Virus record (IMG/VR): IMGVR_UViG_3300031718_000013
Location: 1 to 56,445 of that record
From: a virus
Lineage: Duplodnaviria; Caudoviricetes
Direction: 5' to 3' (one strand)
Length of the DNA stretch: 56,445 nucleotides
Position 1 is the stretch's first letter; each line of letters opens with the position of its first letter. A model generated the notes under the pieces. It ran no database searches and was not told the origin of the DNA. It was given only the letters and a program-made list of their open reading frames with translations. Both the position numbers and the translations under genes were made by a program. Below, one piece after another: positions 1-7,581 of this stretch.

Positions 1-127
1 ATCCACGTGCCGAGCCGCACCAACAGACCGTCGATCGTCGATTTTGCCTTGACCGGCGCCGGCGCGATCAATTCCTCAAGAATGCCGAAATCCTTGCTGG
101 CGATCGCGCGCGCGATTGTTCTCTTTT
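1..127. repeat. Terminal direct repeat (circular assembly overlap), copy 1
   Basis: Identical to 56319-56445; 127 nt equals a common assembler k-mer size. Confidence 0.97.
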
Positions 128-140
128 CTGTTGCGTTCAT
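1..140 (-). CDS. 5' part of a hypothetical protein that crosses the circular junction and continues to 55844
   Basis: ATG at 140 gives MNATEKRTIARAIASKDFGILEELIAPAPVKAKST, in frame with ORF 55844-56389; ATGA overlap with the upstream ORF. Confidence 0.8.
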   Translation of the reverse strand, partial: MNATEKRTIARAIASKDFGILEELIAPAPVKAKSTIDGLLVRLGTW

Positions 141-313
141 TTTCTCGCCCCGGTTAATTGTCTAACGAGCTTGCGACCGCAATTCTCCGCAGCTTGGATC
201 GTCCGATGATGATGGTCGCAGCCCCGGATTATGCGCGCAGTCTCGCTATCAAACGCATACGCGCGATGAATCCGGGGCTTGCCAGTGAATTGCCGTGTGA
301 TCGGAAGAATCAT
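137..313 (-). CDS. Small hypothetical protein (58 aa), early leftward operon
   Basis: Manually translated MILPITRQFTGKPRIH...CDHHHRT...; TAATG and ATGA overlaps with both neighbours. Confidence 0.65.
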   Translation of the reverse strand: MILPITRQFTGKPRIHRAYAFDSETARIIRGCDHHHRTIQAAENCGRKLVRQLTGARK

Positions 314-552
314 TAAACAGCCCTGTAGCAGTCTCCGTGCTTGGTCAGACGGCCCACGCGCACCAGTCCGGACATGATCATTTCGAATTGATGCAGTGTT
401 ACCCCGTGCGCCATCGCGGCCGCGTACATAGGTCCACCAGGGACGCCAAAGCCCGTGTCCCCCTCGCGCACGGTATCGACGATCGCATTGGCCAGCATCG
501 CGACGGCCAGCATTTGCTTCGTTGTCGGATTCTTTCCCATTGGATGCGCCAT
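313..552 (-). CDS. Hypothetical protein, possible winged-helix fragment
   Basis: ORF track; GAGG upstream; first gene of the leftward operon. Confidence 0.7.
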   Translation of the reverse strand: MAHPMGKNPTTKQMLAVAMLANAIVDTVREGDTGFGVPGGPMYAAAMAHGVTLHQFEMIMSGLVRVGRLTKHGDCYRAV

Positions 553-594
553 GATTATTTCCTCACTCCCGCTTGGTGTTTAGTAGCTTGCGTA

Positions 595-685
595 ACCGAT
601 AATTGTGAGTACCGTATTTCATCGGTGTATGTCAATACCCTCACGCCGTTTGACTGACATTTATTTTGCGCGCTAAGATGCTCGC
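595..685. promoter_or_regulatory. Divergent promoter region
   Basis: Minus-strand TTGACA at 635-630; plus-strand TTGACT(650-655)-18 nt-TAAGAT(674-679); ACCGAT/ATCGGT inverted repeat at 595-626. Confidence 0.55.
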
Positions 686-865
686 ATGAAAATCAAGATA
701 CCCGCTAAACCCGAGACTCAATCCCGCCTGGTATCCGTCCGCTTCACGCCGTCTGAATATGGCGAGCTGGCCCAGGCGGCCGCGGCTGTAGGCTTGGACG
801 TTGCCCCGTTTATCCGCGTCGTCGTGGCTAACGCCGTGCGGCTCGGTGTCGAGCTCGCAGACTGA
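686..865 (+). CDS. Ribbon-helix-helix DNA-binding protein (59 aa), probably leaderless
   Basis: MKIKIPAKPETQSRLVSVRFTPSEYGELAQAAAAVGLDVAPFIRVVV matches the RHH/MobC-like pattern; ATG lies 6 nt after the -10 box. Confidence 0.7.
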   Translation: MKIKIPAKPETQSRLVSVRFTPSEYGELAQAAAAVGLDVAPFIRVVVANAVRLGVELAD

Positions 866-1053
866 TGGGCCGTCGCAATTTCGGCAAGCGCTTCAATGAC
901 CCGCGCAGCAAGGGCGGCCGAACCCGGCGCCAAATACTCGCGGAAGCGATGCAGGGCAAACCCCTCGCTTCGCACCACAAAGATGCCCGCTGCCGGAATT
1001 GCGGGTTTGCGCTCGGCTCCCACGCTCAGGGCCGCGGTTGCCCGCCCTATTGA
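865..1053 (+). CDS. Small basic protein with CxxC...H...C motif
   Basis: ORF track; TGATG overlap with the RHH gene. Confidence 0.55.
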   Translation: MGRRNFGKRFNDPRSKGGRTRRQILAEAMQGKPLASHHKDARCRNCGFALGSHAQGRGCPPY

Positions 1054-1158
1054 CCACCGCAAGATAATTCGGATACACCTAGCGCTAGGCATTCCGGTTG
1101 ACTGGATACCCGCGTGTCAGCTCGCGGTCTCCATTCGCATCATACCCGGAGAGCATTA

Positions 1159-1191
1159 GGGGCCAGGGAGACTTGGCCCCGTCCCTTTTTT
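1159..1191 (+). terminator. Probable intrinsic terminator
   Basis: GGGGCCA...TGGCCCC stem, then 5 nt and T6. Confidence 0.5.
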
Positions 1192-1202
1192 ACCCGCCCC
1201 TG

Positions 1203-1231
1203 TTGACAGTCTCCCCGCCCCGGCGTACAAA
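1203..1231 (+). promoter_or_regulatory. Sigma70-type promoter
   Basis: TTGACA-17 nt-TACAAA. Confidence 0.6.
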
Positions 1232-1954
1232 GCGATCATGATGCGAATCTGGAGACGTTCACAGCTGACCCATTCCTGAGACCTGGGAGACCCGCCCGTA
1301 ACCCCTGCCTTGCGCTCTCCGTGCGCTCGCGACAACCCTTGCGGTCTATTCAACTCTGGAGAGTAGCTTCTCCAGCGCTTCGCAACCTCGCTGAGCGTCA
1401 TCAGCAGCCGCAACCGCTCCCGCCCCGCGTCACTTATCCAACCTCGGGCGGATTTGAGAGCGTCGTTGGTTTGGTCGTTGGCCCAAAATGACATGCCTTT
1501 CAGACGCGAAAGACAAGCAGGGGGGAGCGGAAGATCTGATCTGCTCGCATTATCTCGCCATGCCAAGGCGCCTCAACCTGATTGCTTCCCCCTCTCTCTC
1601 AATCAGAGCTGGAGTCCGCACCGTGCACGTTCACTCGCACGTGCACTTCGATGTTGCCCAGCATCCAAGGCGAGTGAGACTGCCTACCGAATGGTAGGTT
1701 GATAAACGCTGTTACCGTGCTCAGAGCTCGCCAGGACGCTCCGAGCGGCGCCGGGATAACCGAGCACCCGTGCCCTCGCACGCGCGGCGCGATGCGCTGT
1801 GCATGTTCTCTCTCACACGTCGAGCAAAAAAAATTCTGGGAATGAACAGTGAGAAGGAAAACCCGACATGTTGAAGCGTGTTCGCGATCGAGGATCTGGA
1901 TCCGGAAGTAGAGGCTGAGATGGTGCATGATCCAGAGAGGGTAGTCGGGGCGGA

Positions 1955-2458
1955 AAAATTGGAGTAGAAATTCTGTGCAAGCCAATCCATTCGTTCAATC
2001 CGCTACCAGGTCCGGCGAACTATTTTCCGGCTCGCAATACGATTTTCCTGAGTTTTGCCTACCAACTAGCTGAACAACGTGACGCTGCGGTGATTGTGAT
2101 CGGCGCAAACAAGGATGACTATGACGATTATCCTGACTGCCGACCGGAATACATCAAGGCCATTCAGAATGTCTTCAGGATCGCTTGTCGCCGAAATATT
2201 AGCGTATGGGCACCGTTAATTGGCATGACCAAAGCAGAAGTCGTAGCCGAAGCTGTCAAACTTAGAGTGCCTCTCGAAAAGACAATCAGTTGCTACAAGC
2301 CGCGCGACCGAACGCCATGCGGCACCTGCAACGCCTGTTTACTCCGCAAACGGGCCTACGAAGCAAATGGACTGGAGTTCAAACTGGAACGGTTGGAAGT
2401 CGATTTCGGGGAGTCAAAACCGTGGGAGAAGTTGACGGAGCGAACGGAAAGGGCGTAA
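1955..2458 (+). pseudogene. queC: 5'-truncated QueC-like (7-cyano-7-deazaguanine synthase) gene
   Basis: Frame reads YFPARNTIFLS...IGANKDD..YPDCRPEY...APLIGMTKAEVV...TISCY...CGTCNAC; in-frame TGA at 1928-1930 and no SGGxDS ATP-binding motif upstream. Confidence 0.75.
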
Positions 2459-2550
2459 GACAAGTTCACCGATGGTGATGCCGGCAAACTACACGGTGAT
2501 TCGCTTTACGTGGGTGCTCGGGACGGGGCGGCCGGTGCTGAAATACTGAG

Positions 2551-2628
2551 ATGATCCTGAGAGGCGATGCGAGGTCGATACCGCTGGCCGATGGCTGCGT
2601 GCAGACCTGCGTGACGAGTCCGCCGTAT
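2551..2628 (+). CDS. DNA methyltransferase, resident 5' segment (MILRGDARSIPLADGCVQTCVTSPPY)
   Basis: Typical beta-class N4C/N6A MTase N-terminus ending in motif IV SPPY; same frame as the segment starting at 3271. Confidence 0.85.
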
Positions 2629-2664
2629 CTCGAAGATGACGCTATTACACGTAGGGTGGCAGAG

Positions 2665-3141
2665 CTAAATTCCGACGTGATTCAGCGACTTTGCCTGCTG
2701 GTATCGAGCTTCCATGCGATTGCTCAGGTCGAGCGAACGCACAGATGCGCCGACATGACCGCGGCCTTTGGCGATGCGTTGTTTGGCGGATGTGGTCTTG
2801 AGCGCGCGCAAGGCGATGCAGTTGATGGCTTGGCTGCGCTTGATTCGCAGGAAGGGAATAAGCGCGCGAAGAACCGTGACCGCGCGCTTGTCGGTGACTC
2901 CCCACGTCCACAGTTCGCGACCATTGGGCGCGCTCGGCTTCGCTTTGCCCAGCTTGCCGCCGAATACTTCTACAAACAGGTCGAGCGCTTGCGGAGTTAC
3001 CTGCCGAATGTGGACGCGCTCGCTGTAGGTTGCCTGCGTCGAATTTTTGAGAACGCGCACGGCGTAAGTATTTTTCTTGATTCCGATGGTGCCGTCCGAG
3101 TCGAGGACGCCAGCCAGATACGCAAGGTCGATTTTCTTCAT
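2665..3141 (-). CDS. Single-motif LAGLIDADG homing endonuclease (158 aa), antisense to the MTase
   Basis: MKKIDLAYLAGVLDSDGTIGI helix, ..VHIRQ.., FGGKL, W.W.V, LIPFLRIKRSQA. Confidence 0.9.
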   Translation of the reverse strand: MKKIDLAYLAGVLDSDGTIGIKKNTYAVRVLKNSTQATYSERVHIRQVTPQALDLFVEVFGGKLGKAKPSAPNGRELWTWGVTDKRAVTVLRALIPFLRIKRSQAINCIALRALKTTSAKQRIAKGRGHVGASVRSLDLSNRMEARYQQAKSLNHVGI

Positions 3142-3148
3142 GTCGCGC

Positions 3149-3177
3149 ATACTACCAGATGGGGGCGACGTGATAAA
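3149..3177 (-). promoter_or_regulatory. Promoter of the LAGLIDADG gene (extended -10, leaderless)
   Basis: Minus strand TTTATC-17 nt-TAGTAT with TG upstream of the -10; ATG at 3141 is 7 nt downstream. Confidence 0.55.
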
Positions 3178-3188
3178 GGGGGTGAAGG

Positions 3189-3269
3189 ATGATAATTCGA
3201 GCAGATGCGCGAAACATCCCATTGGCGGACTCGTCGGTTCAAACCGTAGTAACGAGTCCGCCTTATTGA
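3189..3269 (+). CDS. Replacement MTase N-terminus carried by the cassette ([26 protein letters not shown])
   Basis: 20/26 aa identical to 2551-2628; purine-rich RBS AAGGGGGTGAAGG; ends TAT TGA C. Confidence 0.8.
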   Translation: MIIRADARNIPLADSSVQTVVTSPPY

Positions 3270-3270
3270 C

Positions 3271-4467
3271 TGGGGCCTGCGCGACTACGGACTATCGCCC
3301 TTGATTTGGGGCGGGAGCATCGGTTGCGCGCACGAATGGAACGAATCGGTCTCGCGCGAAGGATTCATTTCGAAAACGCGCTGGCAGCATACGACGAACG
3401 GGCGCGGGGAGGCTCAGCCGGACGAAAAGCGGTTGCGGACGTCGACCACACGCGAGATGAGGCCCGAGGCTTGGGGCCAGGTCAGTCAGGGATCAGTCTG
3501 CGGTGACTGCGGGGCGTGGCGCGGGAACTTCGGTCTTGAACCAACACCGGAACTGTACGTTCAGCACGCGGTCGAGATTTTCAGGGAAGTGCGGCGGGTG
3601 CTGCTGAATGACGGGACGGTGTGGCTGAATCTGGGGGATTCCTACAGCGGCGGAAACAAGGGGAACTCGGGACCGCTGAGACCGGGCGATAAGCAGGCGA
3701 CCAATTCCGGCTCGCACGATACCCGCCGGCGCGACAGCGGGAATCTGACGCCGGCGCGCAATGGCGGCTCGGGCCTTGAGTCGAAGCAGCTAGTTGGACT
3801 GCCGTGGCGGGTGGCGTTCGCGCTTCAAGCCGATGGTTGGTATTTGCGGTCGGACATCATCTATTCGAAACCGAACCCGATGCCCGAGTCAGTTCAAGAT
3901 CGGCCTACTCGATCCCATGAATACCTCTTTCTGCTTTCCAAGAACCCGCGCTACTACTACGACGCGCGCGCCATCATGGAACCGGCCAGCGAGAGTACGC
4001 ACGCGAGAATCGCGCAACCGAGGATTCTTTCGCAGATGGGTGGCGATAAAGACTATGGCCAGGAATCAAATCGGTCGTGTCGAAAGGCGCTAACGAACCT
4101 CGCCTTGCGGGCGCGCGGCGTTACACCCAAAGCCGAACTGGGAACCATCGGGGTCGTGAGGAACAATCCAGACTTTCAGAAAGCGACCGCCGACATAGTG
4201 CTCGAGCGCAACAAGCGATCAGTCTGGACGATAAACGGCCAGCCAACGCCCGAAGCCCACTTCGCCGTATTTCCCGAGAAGCTGGTCGAGCCTTGTGTGC
4301 TTGCTGGCTCGCGCGCGGGCGACCTTGTTCTGGATCCGTTTCTTGGCTCGGGAACGACAGGTCGCGTGGCAGAGAGATTGGGCCGACGCTGGATCGGACT
4401 CGAGCTTTCGGCGCCCTACATCGAAATCGCGCGCAATCGAACCGCGCAACAGGGACTCGGACTCTGA
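3271..4467 (+). CDS. DNA methyltransferase, 3' segment (beta-class N4C/N6A)
   Basis: [45 protein letters not shown], motif [12 protein letters not shown]. Confidence 0.92.
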   Translation, partial: WGLRDYGLSPLIWGGSIGCAHEWNESVSREGFISKTRWQHTTNGRGEAQPDEKRLRTSTTREMRPEAWGQVSQGSVCGDCGAWRGNFGLEPTPELYVQHAVEIFREVRRVLLNDGTVWLNLGDSYSGGNKGNSGPLRPGDKQATNSGSHDTRRRDSGNLTPARNGGSGLESKQLVGLPWRVAFALQADGWYLRSDIIYSKPNPMPESVQDRPTRSHEYLFLLSKNPRYYYDARAIMEPASESTHARIAQPRILSQMGGDKDYGQESNRSCRKALTNLALRARGVTPKAELGTIGVVRNNPDFQKATADIVLERNKRSVWTINGQPTPEAHFAVFPEKLVEPCVLAGSRAGDLVLDPFLGSGTTGRVAERLGRRWIGLELSAPYIEIARNRTAQQGLGL

Positions 4468-4468
4468 G

Positions 4469-5134
4469 ATGGCCAAGCTACGCAAGCGCCCACGGAGCCG
4501 GAAGCAGCGGATGCGAGACGCGCAGCCGTACCGGCGCCGGACCGATCGAGCGCCCAGGTGCGGAAGGTGCGGACGGTGCCACAAGCGATTCACCGAGGCT
4601 CAGTGCTTTCGCCGGCCAAAGAGACGCAAGCGCGGTCCAAGCCCGCGGGTGCGGAGAGTGAACGAGCTCGGCCAGAAGGTCTACGCGCCTTACGGGTATC
4701 TGACGACGATCCAGCGATTCGGCCACCTGCTGACCTGGAGCGAGATGACGGGGAAGGAGCAGTACGTGACGTCGCTCCGGATCAAGGGTGCGTACAATCG
4801 GAACAAGTATTGGCGCGATCTCGGGTATCCGAACCTGGTGAACGCGCGCGCGGCGCTGGTGAAATACCGGGAAGAGCGGCTGCGAGAGGGATTACTGCCG
4901 GCTGAGAAGGCCCGACGTCTTGAGCGGGTAGTCAGCCACGAGGCCGAGCCACGGAGCGCGGACGAGACTCGCGCGGCCCAGATTTACGAAGAGGGGAGGC
5001 TTGAGCGGGCGCGAGTCAGGGACGGGAGCCGGCCGCTTTTGGGCGGATTGCTTGTGGCGGGGAATTACGACCCCGAATATCTGATGCGGCGGGAAATGAG
5101 AATTCTGGACGTAATGAGCAGGTGCGCGCAATGA
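4469..5134 (+). CDS. Arg/Lys-rich hypothetical protein with Cys cluster
   Basis: ATG directly after the MTase stop; part of ORF 4295-5134. Confidence 0.6.
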   Translation: MAKLRKRPRSRKQRMRDAQPYRRRTDRAPRCGRCGRCHKRFTEAQCFRRPKRRKRGPSPRVRRVNELGQKVYAPYGYLTTIQRFGHLLTWSEMTGKEQYVTSLRIKGAYNRNKYWRDLGYPNLVNARAALVKYREERLREGLLPAEKARRLERVVSHEAEPRSADETRAAQIYEEGRLERARVRDGSRPLLGGLLVAGNYDPEYLMRREMRILDVMSRCAQ

Positions 5135-5388
5135 AGTGGATCGTCGTTGAGCCGATTATTACCCCTACCAAAACCAAGGCGTTCCGTGTGCTGACCAAGG
5201 AAGGTGCCCCGCTCGGATATATCCGTTTCTTTCCCCGCTGGCGTAAATTCTCGTTCTACCCCGACCCCTATACGCTTTACGAAACCGACTGCCTGCGAGA
5301 TATTGCCAATTTTTGCGAAGCGGAGACTCGGGCTTGGCGCGAGGGAATTAAATCGCGTAATAATTCCGATCTGAATATTCAGAATTAA
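5131..5388 (+). CDS. Hypothetical phage protein
   Basis: ATGA overlap; G.I.FF.RWRKF.F.P...T.Y..DCLRDIA pattern. Confidence 0.7.
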   Translation: MKWIVVEPIITPTKTKAFRVLTKEGAPLGYIRFFPRWRKFSFYPDPYTLYETDCLRDIANFCEAETRAWREGIKSRNNSDLNIQN

Positions 5389-5433
5389 TTCCCCTGTTTG
5401 CTATCTCGCGCGCGATGTGAAATAAAATCGCGC

Positions 5434-6276
5434 ATGGCTCAAGAACCGAATGAACCGCCAGTCGGCGCTATGGCGGCGCGCGCGGTCCCGACAGTAGGGA
5501 ACGAAGGCTTGGCGGTCGCAACTCGACCCGCAGATTGGAATTCCGGAGATTCGAATAATGCGATGTACCGCGACCCCGCGGAACTCGCGTGGGAGCGTGC
5601 TCAGCAGATGGCACAGGAAAATCAGGCCGACACCGCATCGGCGGGAACGACGGAGGCGAACGAAGCAAATGGAAGCGCCCAGGTGCAGCAACCCAAAGTG
5701 CCCAAGCGTGGCCGGGGGCGACCGAAGAAAAGCGTCAAAGACCCGAGTACTCGAGCGGGACGAGACGTGGACCTTCGAGTGTCTGACGTGCGGGGGGATC
5801 TCAACCCAGACTCGACCCAACTTTCGACGGTACGTGAACCGCGAGCTGATCAAGGAAGGGAAGCTCCCGCCGAGCGCCGCAATCTGAAACCGAACGGCCA
5901 TGCCGAGTCATCGTGGATCGCCGCGCAGCGGACCCAGGCTCAGGCCGGCTTTCAGGCTTTCGAGCGATTCGCGCAGGAGGCGCCGCTCAAGGATGCGTTC
6001 GATCTCTACAATGAATTCGTGAGGCGAATCACCGACGCCGGCAACCGGATCGAGTCGCGGCGCCAGCAGGATAAGGCGACGGAGAATACCTGCTCGTTCT
6101 GCGAACACGTGTTCACCTATCGCGGGACGGACAGTTACTACGCTAGGCGCGCGTTCGATCTCCCCGACGGCCGGGTTCAGGTCGTGATGAGTTGCCGGAA
6201 GAGCCGGTGCATCGACGAGTTCGATCGGTACGTGAACGACATGGCGATGCGGTCGCGCGCGACACTTCACGAGTAG
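5434..6276 (+). CDS. Hypothetical protein with AT-hook-like KRGRGRPKK and C-terminal Cys motif
   Basis: ORF track; CSFC...C....C at the C-terminus. Confidence 0.7.
   Translation: MAQEPNEPPVGAMAARAVPTVGNEGLAVATRPADWNSGDSNNAMYRDPAELAWERAQQMAQENQADTASAGTTEANEANGSAQVQQPKVPKRGRGRPKKSVKDPSTRAGRDVDLRVSDVRGDLNPDSTQLSTVREPRADQGREAPAERRNLKPNGHAESSWIAAQRTQAQAGFQAFERFAQEAPLKDAFDLYNEFVRRITDAGNRIESRRQQDKATENTCSFCEHVFTYRGTDSYYARRAFDLPDGRVQVVMSCRKSRCIDEFDRYVNDMAMRSRATLHE
5669..5887 (+). CDS. Nested out-of-frame zinc-ribbon protein (72 aa)
   Basis: GGAGG upstream; MEAPRCSNPKC...FECLTCGG; GC3-rich codons. Confidence 0.5.
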   Translation: MEAPRCSNPKCPSVAGGDRRKASKTRVLERDETWTFECLTCGGISTQTRPNFRRYVNRELIKEGKLPPSAAI

Positions 6277-6280
6277 GCCG

Positions 6281-6496
6281 ATGCCGGGTATTCCAATTCC
6301 GCGATTGACGAAGCAAGGGGCCGTAATTCAGCGCCGAGAGTTCAAGGTGATCCACGCGGTCACTCCCGCTGAATTTGAGAAGGCGCTGAACGCGGCTGCC
6401 GAACTCGAAGATTGGACGCTGACTCACTTCGCGGTGGCGACAATTCCGAATGGGACCGGCGCCCACTTTACCGCCGTGATGGAGCGCGATGCCTGA
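6281..6496 (+). CDS. Hypothetical protein
   Basis: ORF track; operon spacing. Confidence 0.65.
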   Translation: MPGIPIPRLTKQGAVIQRREFKVIHAVTPAEFEKALNAAAELEDWTLTHFAVATIPNGTGAHFTAVMERDA

Positions 6497-6806
6497 AATC
6501 GACAAGAACGGCACCCCCGGCAAACTGATCCATAGCAAGGTCCGGCTCATCCCGCTCGGTCCTGCCGGTCCATTCGTCCTTCAAGGCTTTATGATCGAGA
6601 TGGACGCCGATGGCCCGAATCCGGTCGGTCACATGGAGTTTCAGGCGGACTCTCTCGCACTACTCGAACACGGCTTCCGAGGTCTCCAGCAGGCTTACGC
6701 GGCAGCGATGAAGCAGATGATCGACGAATTCAACGCGGCGAAGCTGATGACCCAGCACGACGCCTCGACCGTGGCGCGGATCAACAAGAGCAAGGGCGGT
6801 TCCTGA
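6489..6806 (+). CDS. Hypothetical protein
   Basis: ORF track; GGAG RBS. Confidence 0.7.
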   Translation: MPEIDKNGTPGKLIHSKVRLIPLGPAGPFVLQGFMIEMDADGPNPVGHMEFQADSLALLEHGFRGLQQAYAAAMKQMIDEFNAAKLMTQHDASTVARINKSKGGS

Positions 6807-6807
6807 G

Positions 6808-6942
6808 ATGAAAGCGAATACTGGTCCCGGTAGCGGCACGAACACGCCGAATATCAAGGGCAAGTTGCAAACCACGTCGCACTGGTCCGGCAAAGACCAT
6901 AAGGACAAGACGCACACTCGGCGGAAAAAGGGCGCGAAGTAG
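6808..6942 (+). CDS. Small basic protein (44 aa) ending RRKKGAK
   Basis: Manual translation; exactly fills the gap between neighbours. Confidence 0.6.
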   Translation: MKANTGPGSGTNTPNIKGKLQTTSHWSGKDHKDKTHTRRKKGAK

Positions 6943-7164
6943 ATGCCGGACGAGTTCGAGCAGATTCGCGATGCGATGAGTCGCGCCGCCAAGCGAAACG
7001 GTCGAGCGCATCTTTTCGACGAGGAAATACTCCTGCTCGACAACCAGCGCGCGATCTGCGCGACACTGGCGCTCATCATCCGCGGTGGTCGCGTGCCGAT
7101 CGAGACCGCGCGCGAGATGCAGGAACGCGCGAAGGCGATCACGAAGATTCTCGAAGGAACTTAG
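6943..7164 (+). CDS. Hypothetical protein
   Basis: ORF track. Confidence 0.65.
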   Translation: MPDEFEQIRDAMSRAAKRNGRAHLFDEEILLLDNQRAICATLALIIRGGRVPIETAREMQERAKAITKILEGT

Positions 7165-7269
7165 GTCTTCGCTGAAAAGCGAAGTGGCGGGAGGCGAGCC
7201 AGCCCCCTCGTGAGCGATTAGACCACTCCAATCGCTCTCATGGCGAGTCGATCAAGCTCGCCGCACAAA

Positions 7270-7581
7270 ATGAAAACACCTATTGAGCCGCGCCAGCTTG
7301 AATTTGCCCGAATGCGATTGGCCGAACAGTTTCACGCTGCGCTCCTGAAAATGCTAATCGAGTGCGAAGTGGATGAGAAATTCGTTGCCAAGCGAATAGG
7401 CAAATCAGAAGGCTATGTCCGTGAGAAATTGAACGATCCGAGCAAGCTCACGTTAGACGACATAGCCACCTTCCCGCTGGCGGTGGCCGCCGACTTCAAC
7501 AATGTCAGTTTCACGCCGATTCGCTATCGAGACCTCACCGCGGAATTTGAGCGCTTCCGACAGTTGCGCGCCGTTGCATGA
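7270..7581 (+). CDS. XRE-like helix-turn-helix protein
   Basis: EKFVAKRIGKSEGYVREKLNDPSKLTLDDIA pattern. Confidence 0.6.
   Translation: MKTPIEPRQLEFARMRLAEQFHAALLKMLIECEVDEKFVAKRIGKSEGYVREKLNDPSKLTLDDIATFPLAVAADFNNVSFTPIRYRDLTAEFERFRQLRAVA

Larger units (their letters stand above)
2627..3268. mobile_element. 642-nt homing-endonuclease cassette inserted in MTase motif IV
   Basis: Removing it restores CCG CCG TAC TGG GGC CTG CGC GAC TAC (PPYWGLRDY) in frame; boundary ambiguous by 1 nt. Confidence 0.85.

Noticed and set aside
1-127. Biological terminal repeat
   Set aside because: The length equals a standard assembler k-mer and it falls mid-gene, so it is treated as an assembly overlap.
1444-1491. 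SGGFES as the missing QueC SGGxDS motif, separated by an intron
   Set aside because: Lacks the preceding hydrophobic strand, stops after a few codons, and no intron core is visible in between.
1990-2010. tRNA-like GTTCAATCC...ACCA
   Set aside because: No cloverleaf; lies in the QueC reading frame.
2627-3268. Canonical group I intron or intein in the MTase
   Set aside because: The boundaries fit U| and G|, but outside the HEG only about 165 nt remain, mostly promoter, RBS and the duplicated N-terminus, with no P7-type core seen. The HEG is antisense and there are no intein terminal residues. Kept only as a minor alternative.
3224-3270. IS200/IS605-like end (minus-strand GTCAA plus hairpin)
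   Set aside because: No TnpA, TnpB or IscB gene and no matching second end; the stem lies within the duplicated coding sequence.
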